Below are positions 40,892 through 53,934 of a stretch of 64,000 bases of DNA, piece after piece. Each line of letters begins with the position of its first letter. Position 1 is the first letter of the stretch. The stretch spans positions 832,001-896,000 of the forward strand of contig CAWKDB010000010.1 in assembly GCA_963848295.1 (NCBI GenBank), given 5' to 3'. The notes beneath the pieces are model-generated. The model searched no databases. It was not told the DNA's origin and saw nothing but the letters and a program-made list of their open reading frames with translations. The position numbers and the translations under genes are program-made. The stretch is from an uncultured delta proteobacterium. Lineage in GTDB: Bacteria; Myxococcota_A; Polyangia; Haliangiales; Haliangiaceae.

Positions 40892-42787
40892 ATGATTGCG
40901 GACGAGATCATCGCCGAGATCCGCACCCGCGCCGACATCGTCGCGGTGGTCGGCCAACACGTCCAGCTCAAGAAGGCTGGCCGCAACTGGAAGGGCCTGT
41001 GTCCGTTCCACGGCGAGAAGACGCCATCGTTTAACGTGTCGCCCGACAAGGGCTTCTATCACTGCTTCGGCTGCCAGAAGCACGGCGATGTGTTCACGTT
41101 CGTGATGGAGCTCGAGGGCAAGAGCTTCGTCGAAGCGGCCGAGCAGCTCGGGGCGCGGTTCGGCGTCGCGGTGCCGAAAGTCGACGAGTCGCCCGAGCTA
41201 CGCAAGGCGCGTGGCGAGCGGGTCTCGATGCTCGACATCAACAAGCTCGCGACCCAGTTCTTCCGCGAGATCCTCGCCGATCCGAAGCGCGGCGAACCCG
41301 GTCGAGCGTATCTCGCAAAGCGCGGCGTCGCCGACGCGGTCGCCGAATCGTTCCAGCTCGGCTACGCGCCGGCCGACTGGCACGCGCTCGCCGACTACCT
41401 CAAAGACCAGCGCGCCGATCTCGAGCTCGCGACGAGGCTCGGCCTGATCGCGCGCCAGCCGCGGGCCGGCGGCTACTATGACCGGTATCGCGATCGGCTC
41501 GTGTGCCCGGTCGTCGTCCCGGGCGGCGACGTCGTCGGGTTCTCCGCGCGCGTGATCGGCACGCCGGCGCCCGGCCCCGACGGCACCGAGCCGCCGAAGT
41601 ACATCAACTCGCCCGAGAGCCCGGTCTACAAGAAGGGCAAGCTGCTGTTCGGCCTCGCGCAGGCACGCGAGGCGATGCAGAAGACCGGGCGCGCGGTGAT
41701 CGTCGAGGGCAACTTCGACGTGATCACGCTGCATCAGGCCGGGTTCACCGAGGTCGTCGCGCCGCTCGGCACCGCGCTCACGCTGGAGCAGATCCTCACG
41801 CTCAAGCGGCTCACCGATCGCGTCGTCTTGCTCTACGACGGCGACAAGGCCGGCTACAAGGCGACGATGCAGGCGCTGCAGATCTGCGTCGAGGCCGAGG
41901 TCGAAGCCGAGGTCGCGTCGCGGCCGGGCAACGCGGGCTCGGGAGGCGCCGGGCCGCTCGCCGGCGGCGTCGATCCGGATAGCCTGGTCGCCGGCGGAGG
42001 CAAGGAGCAGCTGCGCGCCGCGATCGAGCGCGCGCAGGGCGGCATCGAGTTCTTCTGCTTCGAGGTCTGGGGCAAGGCTCGCGCGAACGCCGACGCCCGG
42101 ACCCGAGCGCTCGAAGATGCGGCTCGGCTCGTCGCTAAAGTGGCCAGCCCTATCAAGCGTGATCTAATCATCGACACGTTGGCGAAGGCGCTAGGAGTCG
42201 AGCTCGCGGTGGTGCGCAATGCGGTCGCACGCGGCAGCTACGCGGCGAGCCGCCATGACGGCCCGCGCCCGGCGCCCGCCCATCCCAACGCCCCCGCCGA
42301 TGACGGGACGCAGGGCTCGGCACCGCCGATCTCGACCGCGCCGCCGCCCCCCGAGGAGCTCGAGCTGGTCATGTTGGTCGCCGACCACCCGAACCTGATC
42401 GCAAGCTCCGAGGCAGACAAGGCTTTTTGGCTCTTGACGGACGCTAGGCTTCAAGCCATGTATCGCGAGGCTCGGGCGGGTCAATCCTTCCTGGAGCTTG
42501 CACCAGTGCATCTCCCCGCGAACACTGCTCGGCTCGTGCTGTCCGGAAAGTATTCCGAGGCGAAGGACCCGCCGGCGCAGCTGGCGAAGATGGCGAGCAA
42601 CCTCGAGCTGCGATCGACGATGGGCGTCCGCAACGACATGCGGCAGCGCATGGTCGACGCGCAACGCCGTGGCGATCGCGAAGGAGCGCGCCTGTTGGCG
42701 CAGCTCGCCGAGGCCGAACGAAAAGGCGACCGCGAGCTGGCCCAGCGGCTCACGGAAGAAATGTCCAACCGAAAGCAGGCAGATTGA
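40892..42787 (+). CDS. dnaG: DNA primase
   Basis: CPFHGEKTPSF..CFGC zinc finger, KYINSPE, TOPRIM VEGNFD..YDGDKAG. Confidence 0.97.
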   Translation: MIADEIIAEIRTRADIVAVVGQHVQLKKAGRNWKGLCPFHGEKTPSFNVSPDKGFYHCFGCQKHGDVFTFVMELEGKSFVEAAEQLGARFGVAVPKVDESPELRKARGERVSMLDINKLATQFFREILADPKRGEPGRAYLAKRGVADAVAESFQLGYAPADWHALADYLKDQRADLELATRLGLIARQPRAGGYYDRYRDRLVCPVVVPGGDVVGFSARVIGTPAPGPDGTEPPKYINSPESPVYKKGKLLFGLAQAREAMQKTGRAVIVEGNFDVITLHQAGFTEVVAPLGTALTLEQILTLKRLTDRVVLLYDGDKAGYKATMQALQICVEAEVEAEVASRPGNAGSGGAGPLAGGVDPDSLVAGGGKEQLRAAIERAQGGIEFFCFEVWGKARANADARTRALEDAARLVAKVASPIKRDLIIDTLAKALGVELAVVRNAVARGSYAASRHDGPRPAPAHPNAPADDGTQGSAPPISTAPPPPEELELVMLVADHPNLIASSEADKAFWLLTDARLQAMYREARAGQSFLELAPVHLPANTARLVLSGKYSEAKDPPAQLAKMASNLELRSTMGVRNDMRQRMVDAQRRGDREGARLLAQLAEAERKGDRELAQRLTEEMSNRKQAD

Positions 42788-42790
42788 GCC

Positions 42791-45034
<2,244 letters not shown>

Positions 45035-45045
45035 CCGAGCTGGGC

Positions 45046-45429
45046 ATGCAAGCGTTCCTGTCCGACGAGTGGTTCGCCGAGGTCCAGCAGCTGATCGCCG
45101 CCGCCGGCGATCTGCACTTGCCTGCGCCGATGCAGAACGTGAAGATCAACGTCACGATCAAACGCCCTGCCGGCGACGTGCCCGCGTTCGTCCACGAGGG
45201 AGTCGTGAGCCGAGGGCACCGAGAAAGTGCGGACGCGACGATCACGCTCGACGAGGCGCTCGCCCGGAAGCTGTTCGTCGACGCCGATGCCGCCGCCGGC
45301 GTCCAGGCGTTCATGGAAGGCAAGCTCGTGATCGAGGGCGACCTCGCCAAGGTGGTCGCGATGCAGACCGCCGAGCCGAGCGCGCAGCAGAAAGCGCTCG
45401 CGAAGAAGATCGCGGCGATCACCGCGTAG
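45046..45429 (+). CDS. SCP2 sterol/lipid-binding domain protein
   Basis: FLSDEW N-terminus, ADATITL, QAFMEGKLVIEGDL. Confidence 0.85.
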   Translation: MQAFLSDEWFAEVQQLIAAAGDLHLPAPMQNVKINVTIKRPAGDVPAFVHEGVVSRGHRESADATITLDEALARKLFVDADAAAGVQAFMEGKLVIEGDLAKVVAMQTAEPSAQQKALAKKIAAITA

Positions 45430-45442
45430 CTGCGGCCTCGAG

Positions 45443-45841
45443 CTAGAACGAGCCGGAAGCCGCGATGCCGAATTGCCCCGGTGCGACCATCGGCGCGACC
45501 AGCGTGCGCTCGTAGACGTGACGTTCGTGGATGAACAGCGCGCCCGCGATGCCGAGCGCGACGCAGCCGGCGGCGAACGTGCCCGTGCCAGCGTACTTCG
45601 CGACGTTGTAATCGCGCGTCTCGCGTTGGCGTAGCGCGTCGGTCTGGATCGGCTTGGCGTGTGCGGCGTGGTCGTCCGCGGCGACGTCGAGGTTGATCGC
45701 CAGCGCGGTCAGGCCGAGGCTGACGCCGACCAGCGCGACGATCTTCGATGCATCATGATTCGGATGCGCTGGGCGCTCGGGGTCCGCGTTCGCGGTGGAG
45801 GCCAGCGTTGCGGCGGCCATCAAGACGAGGACTTGGCGCAT
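45443..45841 (-). CDS. Hypothetical secreted/membrane protein
   Basis: Signal peptide, two hydrophobic segments, C-terminal APMVAPGQFGIAASGSF resembling myxobacterial OM-type tails. Confidence 0.65.
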   Translation of the reverse strand: MRQVLVLMAAATLASTANADPERPAHPNHDASKIVALVGVSLGLTALAINLDVAADDHAAHAKPIQTDALRQRETRDYNVAKYAGTGTFAAGCVALGIAGALFIHERHVYERTLVAPMVAPGQFGIAASGSF

Positions 45842-46023
45842 CCCGCGGACGATCGCAGATGGCGGACGGTGTTGAGTTACCACGTGGCTACAACACGCAG
45901 GTCGGACCGTCTGCGTACTTCGTTATGCACCGGGCGCGCGGTTACACACCAAAGTGGAGCGCTCCCGATCCATCTTGAACCGATCTCCGTACTGATTTCA
46001 GCATCTTGTGCGTGTGACGAGCT

Positions 46024-46039
46024 TGGCACACGGAGTGCT
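46024..46039 (+). promoter_or_regulatory. Sigma54 (-24/-12) promoter
   Basis: TGGCAC-ACGGA-GTGCT with exact GG-N10-GC spacing, just upstream of the ATG at 46058. Confidence 0.7.
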
Positions 46040-46057
46040 GTTCAACTCTCCCGTCCA

Positions 46058-46243
46058 ATGACCGATCGCGAAGCCAAGTCCCGTGCGGTGAAGATCCTCG
46101 CCAAGTCGATCTACCGGGACCTCGAGGCTCAGGGCTTTGACGAGAAGCAGATCGTCGCGCTCGCGACCGAGCTGATCTCCGAAGTGACCGCGAAGATCAC
46201 CGTATCTCGCGACTCCCGCGATCAGATCGCCAAGCACGCCTGA
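46058..46243 (+). CDS. Small 61-aa helical hypothetical protein
   Basis: MTDREAKSRAVKILAKSIYRDLEAQGFDEKQIVALATELISEV; host codon usage; sigma54 motif upstream. Confidence 0.75.
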   Translation: MTDREAKSRAVKILAKSIYRDLEAQGFDEKQIVALATELISEVTAKITVSRDSRDQIAKHA

Positions 46244-46291
46244 CCCGAGCCGAGCTAGCGCGAGGCTGCTCCCTGATCTAGGGTGCGCGCC

Positions 46292-47307
46292 ATGGCTAAG
46301 CTCCGCATCGGCATCAACGGCTTTGGTCGCATCGGTCGCGGGTTCGTGCGTTGCCTCGCAGAAGCAAAGCACCCCGCGTTCGAGCTCGCCGGCGTCAACG
46401 ACCTGACCGACGTCAACACGCTCGTGCACCTGATGAAGCACGACTCGGTGCACGGCAAGTTCGCCGGGACCGTCGCGGTCGCCGACGGCGGTCACATGAC
46501 GCTCGACGGCCACCACGTCGCGATCACCACGCACAAGGATCCGGCTCAGATCCCGTGGAAGGATCTCGGCGTCGACATCGTGATCGAATCGACCGGCAAG
46601 TTCCTCGACAAAGACGGCGCCGGCAAGCATCTGCACGGCGGCGCGAAGAAGGTGATCATCTCGGCGCCCGCGAAGTCGTTCGACGCGACGCTGTGCATGG
46701 GCATCAACAGCGACACGTACAAACCCGCCGAGCACCACATCATCTCGAACGCGTCGTGCACGACGAACTGCCTCGCGCCGATCGCGAAGGTGCTGCACGA
46801 GAGCTTCGGCATCGTCACCGGCATCATGACGACGATCCATTCGTACACGAACGATCAACAGATCCTCGATCTCCCGCACAGCGACCTGCGCCGCGCGCGC
46901 GCGGCAGCGCTGTCGATGATCCCGACGACGACCGGCGCGGCGAAGGCGCTCAAGGACGTGCTGCCCGCGCTCGCCGGCAAGCTCGATGGCTGGTCGATCC
47001 GCGTGCCGACGCCGGACGTCTCGCTCGTCGATCTGACCGCGCGGCTCGAGAAGAAGGCGACCGTACAGGAAGTGAACGACGCGTTCCGCAAGGCCGCCGC
47101 GCGGCCCGCTCGCCGGCATCCTGCAAGTGGTCGACGAGCCGCTCGTGTCGGTCGACTACATCGGCGATCGCCACAGCTCGTCGGTCGACTCGCGCGCTGA
47201 CGATGGTCGTCGGCGACCAGGTCAAGGTGATGAGCTGGTACGACAACGAGATGGGCTACGCGCAACGCACGTACGACCTGGCCGCGTTCGTCGCCGGGAA
47301 GCTGTAG
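46292..47307 (+). CDS. gap: Type I glyceraldehyde-3-phosphate dehydrogenase (two frameshifts, probably sequencing errors)
   Basis: [27 protein letters not shown]; frame switches near 47100 and 47192. Confidence 0.95.
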
Positions 47308-47309
47308 TC

Positions 47310-48512
47310 GTGGCGCTGCCCGACGGGATCAAGAGTATCGAAGAGCTCGCGGTCGAGGGCCAACGCGTGTTCGTTCGCGTCGACTACAACGTGCCACTCG
47401 AGAAGGCGACGAAGCGCGTCACCGACGACGCGCGCATTCGCGCGACGCTGCCGACGATCAAGCACCTGATCGATCGCGGCGCGCGCATCGTGCTCGGCTC
47501 GCACCTCGGTCGGCCCGACGGCCATGCCAAGCCGGAGCTGTCGCTCGAGCCGGTCGCGGCGCGTGCTCGCCGATCTACTCGAGATCGACATCGCGCTCGC
47601 CGACGAGCCGGCCGGCGATGGCGCACGCAAGGTCGTCTCGGACCTGCGCGACGGTCAGATCGCGATGCTCGAGAATCTGCGCTGGAGCCCGGGCGAAGAA
47701 GCGAACGACGAAGCGTTCGCGCGCCAGCTCGCGTCGTACTGCGATGTCTACGTCAACGACGCGTTCGGCACCGCGCATCGCGCGCACGCGTCGACCGCCG
47801 GGATGGTCAAGTTCGTCGCGTTCAAGGCCGCCGGCTTCGTGATGGCGAAGGAGATCGACTTTCTCACCCGGCTGCTCGGCGAGGTCGATCGGCCGTACGT
47901 CGCGGTGCTCGGCGGCGCGAAGGTGTCGCGACAAGATCGAGGTGCTCGACGCGCTGCTCGAGCGCGTGCAGGCGATCGTGATCGGCGGCGCGATGGCGAA
48001 CACGTTCCTCGAAGCGCAGGGCAAGACGCTCGGCAAGAGCAAGGTCGAGCGCGACAAGCTGCCGATCGCGCGCAACTTCCTGCGCAAGGCGGTCGAGCGC
48101 AAAGTGCCGATTCACCTGCCGAGCGATGTCGTCGTCGCGAGCGGGCTCGACAGCGAAGACGCGCACGCGGTCGCGATCGACGCGATCGGCAGCGACATGA
48201 TGGCGCTCGACATCGGACCGGCGACGATCGCGGCGTACACGCAAGGTGCTGACCGCCGCGCGCACGGTGTTCTGGAACGGCCCGATGGGCGTGTTCGAGC
48301 AGCCGCGGTTCGCGCAGGGCACGGTCGCGGTCGCGCGCGCGCTCGCCGACAACAAGCTTGCGCTGACCGTCGTCGGCGGCGGCGACTCGGCCGCGGCGAT
48401 CGCGCAGGCCGGCCTGGCCGACAAGGTCTCGCACGTCTCGACCGGCGGCGGCGCGTCGCTCGAGTTCGTCCAGGGCATCGATCTGCCTGGCATCGCGGCC
48501 CTTCGCCCGTAG
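47310..48512 (+). CDS. pgk: Phosphoglycerate kinase (three frameshifts, probably sequencing errors)
   Basis: [49 protein letters not shown]; frame switches near 47563, 47928 and 48243. Confidence 0.95.
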
Positions 48513-48592
48513 CCGCCGCGCGACCGCCGATCCGTGTGAAGACTCGACGAGCGGCGAGGCGCACGCATTGTTAACTCGGATATGATGGTGTC

Positions 48593-51413
48593 GTGGCAGC
48601 CAAGCGACTCGCGATCTTCGACCCGTCGGGTCGGTTGATCGCGGATCTCGCGGAGGCCGCGCGCAGCGCGAAGATCGAGCTCGAAGCGGTCAAGAGCGGC
48701 GCGGCCGCCGCCGGCTACATCGCGGTCCTGATCCCGCCGGCGCTCGCCAGCGAGCTCGGTCCGCCACCAGAAGGCGGTCCGCAGCGCTGGATCGTCGGCG
48801 ACGGCACGACGTTGTCGGCGGCGCGCGTCGCCGGTGCCGCCGCGAGTGCGAGTGCGACCGGCGTCGTGCTCACGCCGGTCGTCGGCCGAGGCGCTCTCGG
48901 CGGTCGCGCATCCCGATCCGAGCGCGCACGATTTCGATCTCGCGCGCGCCCGCGGCTTGATCGCGACGTCGCTCGTCGATCTCACCGGGAGCGCGGCCGA
49001 GACGCTGCGCGCGGTCGCCGAGGGCTTCACCGCGAACGATTGCATCGTGTGGTGGAAGGACGGCTCCCAGATGGTACCGACCACCGCACGCGAGAGCCCG
49101 ACCGAGACCTATCGCACCCAGATCGCGGCGGCGGCCCGGATCGCCGCGGCGTCATCGGGGACGGTGATCACCGGTGGTGACAAGCCGCGCTCGGTGATCG
49201 CCGACGCGTTGCGCTCGAGTCCGACCGAGGTCGCCGGCTTGGTCGCGCTCGTCAGCGATAGCGGCCGCCGGTTCTCGCCCGCCGAGCGCACCGACTTGAA
49301 GGCGATCGCGGCGCGGTTGACGCGCGAGCTATCGTGGCTGACCTCGCATCGCCGGCTCGTCGCCGAGGGCGAGCGGCTGCTCGCGACGAGCATGCACGAT
49401 CCGTTGAGCGGCGCGATGACGCGGGGGGCGTTCGAGCAAACGGTCGCACACGAGGTCGCGGCTGCGGGACGGCGCAAAGAGAAGCTCACGCTCGCGATCT
49501 TCGACATCGTCGGGTTGCGCCGGATCAACCTCAGCCACGGCCATAAAGCCGGCGACGAGGTGCTCGCCCAGCTCGCCGGCCGGTTGCGCGCGATCGTGCG
49601 CGGCAACGATCCGATCGGCCGGCCGGGCGGTGACGAGCTCGCGGTGTTGCTCGTCGGCGCGTCGTCCGAGCAGGCGGCGATCGTCGCGAAGAAGGTGATC
49701 GACAAGATCGAGCAAGAGCCGGTGCGCGTCGATGAAGCGACGACGCTCACCGTCCAGCTGCGCGCGGTGTTGACCGAGATCGCGCCCGGCGAGCGCAGCG
49801 GAGAAGCGGCTTTGTCGCGGTGTTACGCGCAGCTCCGTACCGCGCCGATCGGCGATGTTCGGGTCGTTCCGCCGGACGATCGCGGCGGCGAGTCGGAGAA
49901 CAGCTCGGACACGGGCGCGCTCTCGGCGGGCACGATCGTCGGCGGTACGTATCGGGTGGTTCACGAGCTGTCGCGCGGCGCGATGGGCGTCGTGTATCGC
50001 GGTGAGGATCTCGGGCTCGGCCGCCCGGTCGCGATCAAGGTGTTGCGCTCCGATCTCGCGAGCGATCGCCAGCTCGTCGAGCGGTTCCGCGCCGAGGCCG
50101 GCATCCTCGCGTCGCTGCACCACCGCAACCTCGTCCAGGTCTACGCGCTCGGCGAGCACGCGGGCGAGGTCTACTTCGTGATGGAGCTGGTCGAAGGCCA
50201 GCCGCTGTCCGAGGTGCTGCGCGCGACGCTCGAGCGCCGCGAGTGGTTCCCGACCGAGGCGGTCGCACAGATCGCGCTCGAGATCGGCGACGCGCTCGAC
50301 GCGATGCACGTGCTCGGCCTCATCCATCGCGACGTCAAGCCGGCGAACATCTTGCTCGATCGCGAGCGCGATCGCGCGGTGTTGGTCGACGTCGGCGTCG
50401 CGGTCAAGGCCGGCGACACGCGCGACGCCGCCGGCACGCCGGGGTTCGCCGCGCCCGAGTCGTTCATCGATCAGGCCGACGCGCCGACCACCGATGTCTA
50501 CGGCCTCGCCGCCACGCTGTACTGCTTGCTCGTCGGCCGGCCACCGTTCGGATCGGGTCCCGCCCCCCAGGTCGTGCAACGCCAGCTCAGTGATCCGGTG
50601 ACGCCGCCGTCGCAGCTCCGTCCCGGCATCTCCGAGGCGGTCGATGCGGTGCTGATCAAGGCGCTGTCGCCGGCGCCGAAACGCCGGTGGGCCTCGGCCT
50701 CGACGTTCGCGATCGCGCTCGGCCGCGCGCTCGAGCGCAACACCGGCGAGCAAAAGACGGTGCCACCGATCGACGCCGCGATGATCGCGGCCGAGTCCGT
50801 GCTGACGCCGACCGCGGGGATCACCGCCGACTCTCCAGCGTTCGCACCGACCGGCGTGCTCGAGCTCGGCGGCCGGGTTCGCGCCGCTCACCTGCGCGTG
50901 CTGTCGCGCATCCTCACGCATCACCTCGGCGAAGGTGGGCTCGCGCGGATCAAGACCGAGCGACCCGAGCTCGGCAACGCGCTGTCCGCGACGCTGTCGC
51001 CGCTCGGCTGGATCGACCTGTCCGAGCTCGTCGCGTCGCTGACCTGTGCCCGCCAGCTGATCCCGAACGGCCTGGTCGCGCGCAAGGTCGGGCGCGGCAC
51101 GATGAGCGCGACGTTCGCGCGGATGTTCGGCGCCGACCCGACGACCCTGCCGGCCGAGACCGTGCTCGCCGCGCTGCCGACGTTTTGGGAGCGCTATCAC
51201 GACTGGGGCAATGTCGACGTCGTCGTCCATCCCGGCGCCGCGGATATCACGATGAGCGGTTACTCCGGCTCGGTCGACGTCTGCGCGCTCGTCGGCGCGG
51301 AGCTCGAGCGCGTGGTCGAGTTGACGGGCGCGAACGCGGTCGGCGCGACCCACGTCCAATGTCGATGCACCGGCGGCACGAGCTGCGAGTTCCGGATCAG
51401 CTGGATGCCATAG
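48593..51413 (+). CDS. Multidomain GAF-like / GGDEF / Ser-Thr kinase / V4R-like protein (one apparent frameshift near 48881)
   Basis: HDPLSG, GHKAGDEVL, RGNDPIGRPGGDEL; SRGAMG, VAIK, HRDVKPAN, DVG, GTPGFAAPE; C-terminal CRCTGGTSCEFRISW. Confidence 0.85.
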
Positions 51414-51445
51414 GATCGGCCTAGCGCTGTGGTAGGACTGCGGCG

Positions 51446-52207
51446 ATGCGCACCCCGTTCGTGGTCGGCAACTGGAAGCTGAACAAGACGATCACCGACG
51501 CCGTCGCGCTCGTCACCGAGCTGAAGAACCAGCTCGGCGCGGTCAAAGGCGTGCAGGTCGGCGTCGCGCCGGTGTTCACCGCGCTCGCCGCGGTCGCGAA
51601 ACGGCTCGAGGGCAGCGCGGTCGCGACGTGCGCACAAGACTGCTTCTGGGAGGCGACCGGCGCGTTCACCGGCGAGGTCTCGGCGGCGCTGATCGCGGAC
51701 ACCGGCGCGAGCTGGGCGATCGTCGGTCACAGCGAACGCCGGCAGTTCTTCGGCGACACCGACGAGTCGGTCGGCAAGAAGGCGCGCGCCGTCCTCGCAG
51801 GGGGCCTCGGTGCGATCGTGTGCGTCGGCGAGCATCTCGCCGAGCGCGACGCCGGGCGGACGCTCGCGGTGGTCGATGCGCAGCTCGCGGGCGCGCTCGC
51901 CGGCATCGCGGCGCCCGACGTGTCGCGGCTCGTGCTCGCGTACGAGCCGGTGTGGGCGATCGGCACCGGCCGCACCGCGACGCCCGCGCAAGCGCAGGAA
52001 GTCCACGCCCACATCCGCAAGCGCGTCGGTGAGCTGCTCGGCGCACCGGCCGCGGCGGCGATCCGCATCCAGTACGGCGGCTCGGTCAAACCGAGCAATG
52101 CCGAGGCGCTGATGGCCGAGCCGGACATCGACGGCGCCCTCGTCGGTGGCGCTTCACTTGAAGCCGCTGATTTTGTTGCGATCGTGAAGGCTGCGCGACC
52201 CGGGTAA
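51446..52207 (+). CDS. tpiA: Triosephosphate isomerase
   Basis: GNWKLN, GAFTGEVS, GHSERR, AYEPVWAIGTG, YGGSVK, LVGGASL. Confidence 0.98.
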   Translation: MRTPFVVGNWKLNKTITDAVALVTELKNQLGAVKGVQVGVAPVFTALAAVAKRLEGSAVATCAQDCFWEATGAFTGEVSAALIADTGASWAIVGHSERRQFFGDTDESVGKKARAVLAGGLGAIVCVGEHLAERDAGRTLAVVDAQLAGALAGIAAPDVSRLVLAYEPVWAIGTGRTATPAQAQEVHAHIRKRVGELLGAPAAAAIRIQYGGSVKPSNAEALMAEPDIDGALVGGASLEAADFVAIVKAARPG

Positions 52208-52250
52208 CGCTTGCGCGGCCGGGCTGGTTGGGCTAGAAGAACGGCTCGTT

Positions 52251-53024
52251 ATGTCGACGATGCTCACCGTCCTGCACGTCATCGTGTGCCTGTTCTTGAT
52301 GCTCACGGTGCTCCTGCAGTCGGGCAAGGGCGGCGGCATGGGCGGCGCTTTCGGCGGGGGCAACACGCAGACCGTGTTCGGCGGAGGCGGTGGCTCGTCG
52401 TTCCTGCGCCGGATGACCGCGATCGCAGCGACCGTGTTCATGCTCACGTCGATGGTGCTCGCGTACGTCGCGAGCCACGGCTCGGCCGACCCGCTCGCCG
52501 AAGACGAGCAGTCGTACGACGCCGCGAAGGCCAAGAAAGACGCCGCGAAGGCCAACGCGGTCGAGGCCGCGACCAAGGGCGCTGGCAGTGGCTCTGCCGG
52601 CTCGGCTTCGGGCAGCGGCTCGGCGGGCAGCGCGGATGGCTCGGCCACCCCCGACCTCCAAGATCTGTCGATGCCGCCCTCGTCGGGCTCGGGATCGGCG
52701 GCGCCGACCGCGGTTCCACCGCCATCGATGAAGCCGAACCCGGCTGATATGCCGAAGACCGACGCGCCGAAGACCGACGCACCGAAGACCGACGCACCGA
52801 AGACCGACGCGACCAAAGCGCCGCCCGCGAAGGCCGACGCGACCAAAGCGCCGGCCGCAACGCCCGCGAAGACCGACGCGACCAAAGCGCCGCCCGCGAC
52901 GCCTGCGAAGACCGACGCGCTGAAAGCCGCGACACCGGCGAAGGCCGATGCAGCGAAGTCTGCCGCGCCCGCGCCCGCGAAGGCCAACGCATCGTCGGGA
53001 TCCGCCGCGCCGACCACGCCGTAG
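52251..53024 (+). CDS. secG: Preprotein translocase SecG with long Ala/Lys/Pro-rich tail
   Basis: VLLQSGKGGGMGGAFGGG..TVFG between two TM helices; follows tpiA. Confidence 0.92.
   Translation: MSTMLTVLHVIVCLFLMLTVLLQSGKGGGMGGAFGGGNTQTVFGGGGGSSFLRRMTAIAATVFMLTSMVLAYVASHGSADPLAEDEQSYDAAKAKKDAAKANAVEAATKGAGSGSAGSASGSGSAGSADGSATPDLQDLSMPPSSGSGSAAPTAVPPPSMKPNPADMPKTDAPKTDAPKTDAPKTDATKAPPAKADATKAPAATPAKTDATKAPPATPAKTDALKAATPAKADAAKSAAPAPAKANASSGSAAPTTP
52752..52960 (+). repeat. Intragenic tandem repeats (PKTDA x4; KTDATKAP-type units) in the secG tail
   Basis: 15-bp CCGAAGACCGACGC(G/A) units followed by longer degenerate units. Confidence 0.8.
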
Positions 53025-53058
53025 CGCGCCGCCGCGAAACCGATGCTACGGTCTAGCC

Positions 53059-53930
<872 letters not shown>

Positions 53931-53934
<4 letters not shown>

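Noticed and set aside
46292..48512. Programmed frameshifting or true pseudogenisation of gap and pgk
   Set aside because: No slippery heptamers, multiple scattered indels and intact catalytic motifs; sequencing error is the simpler explanation.
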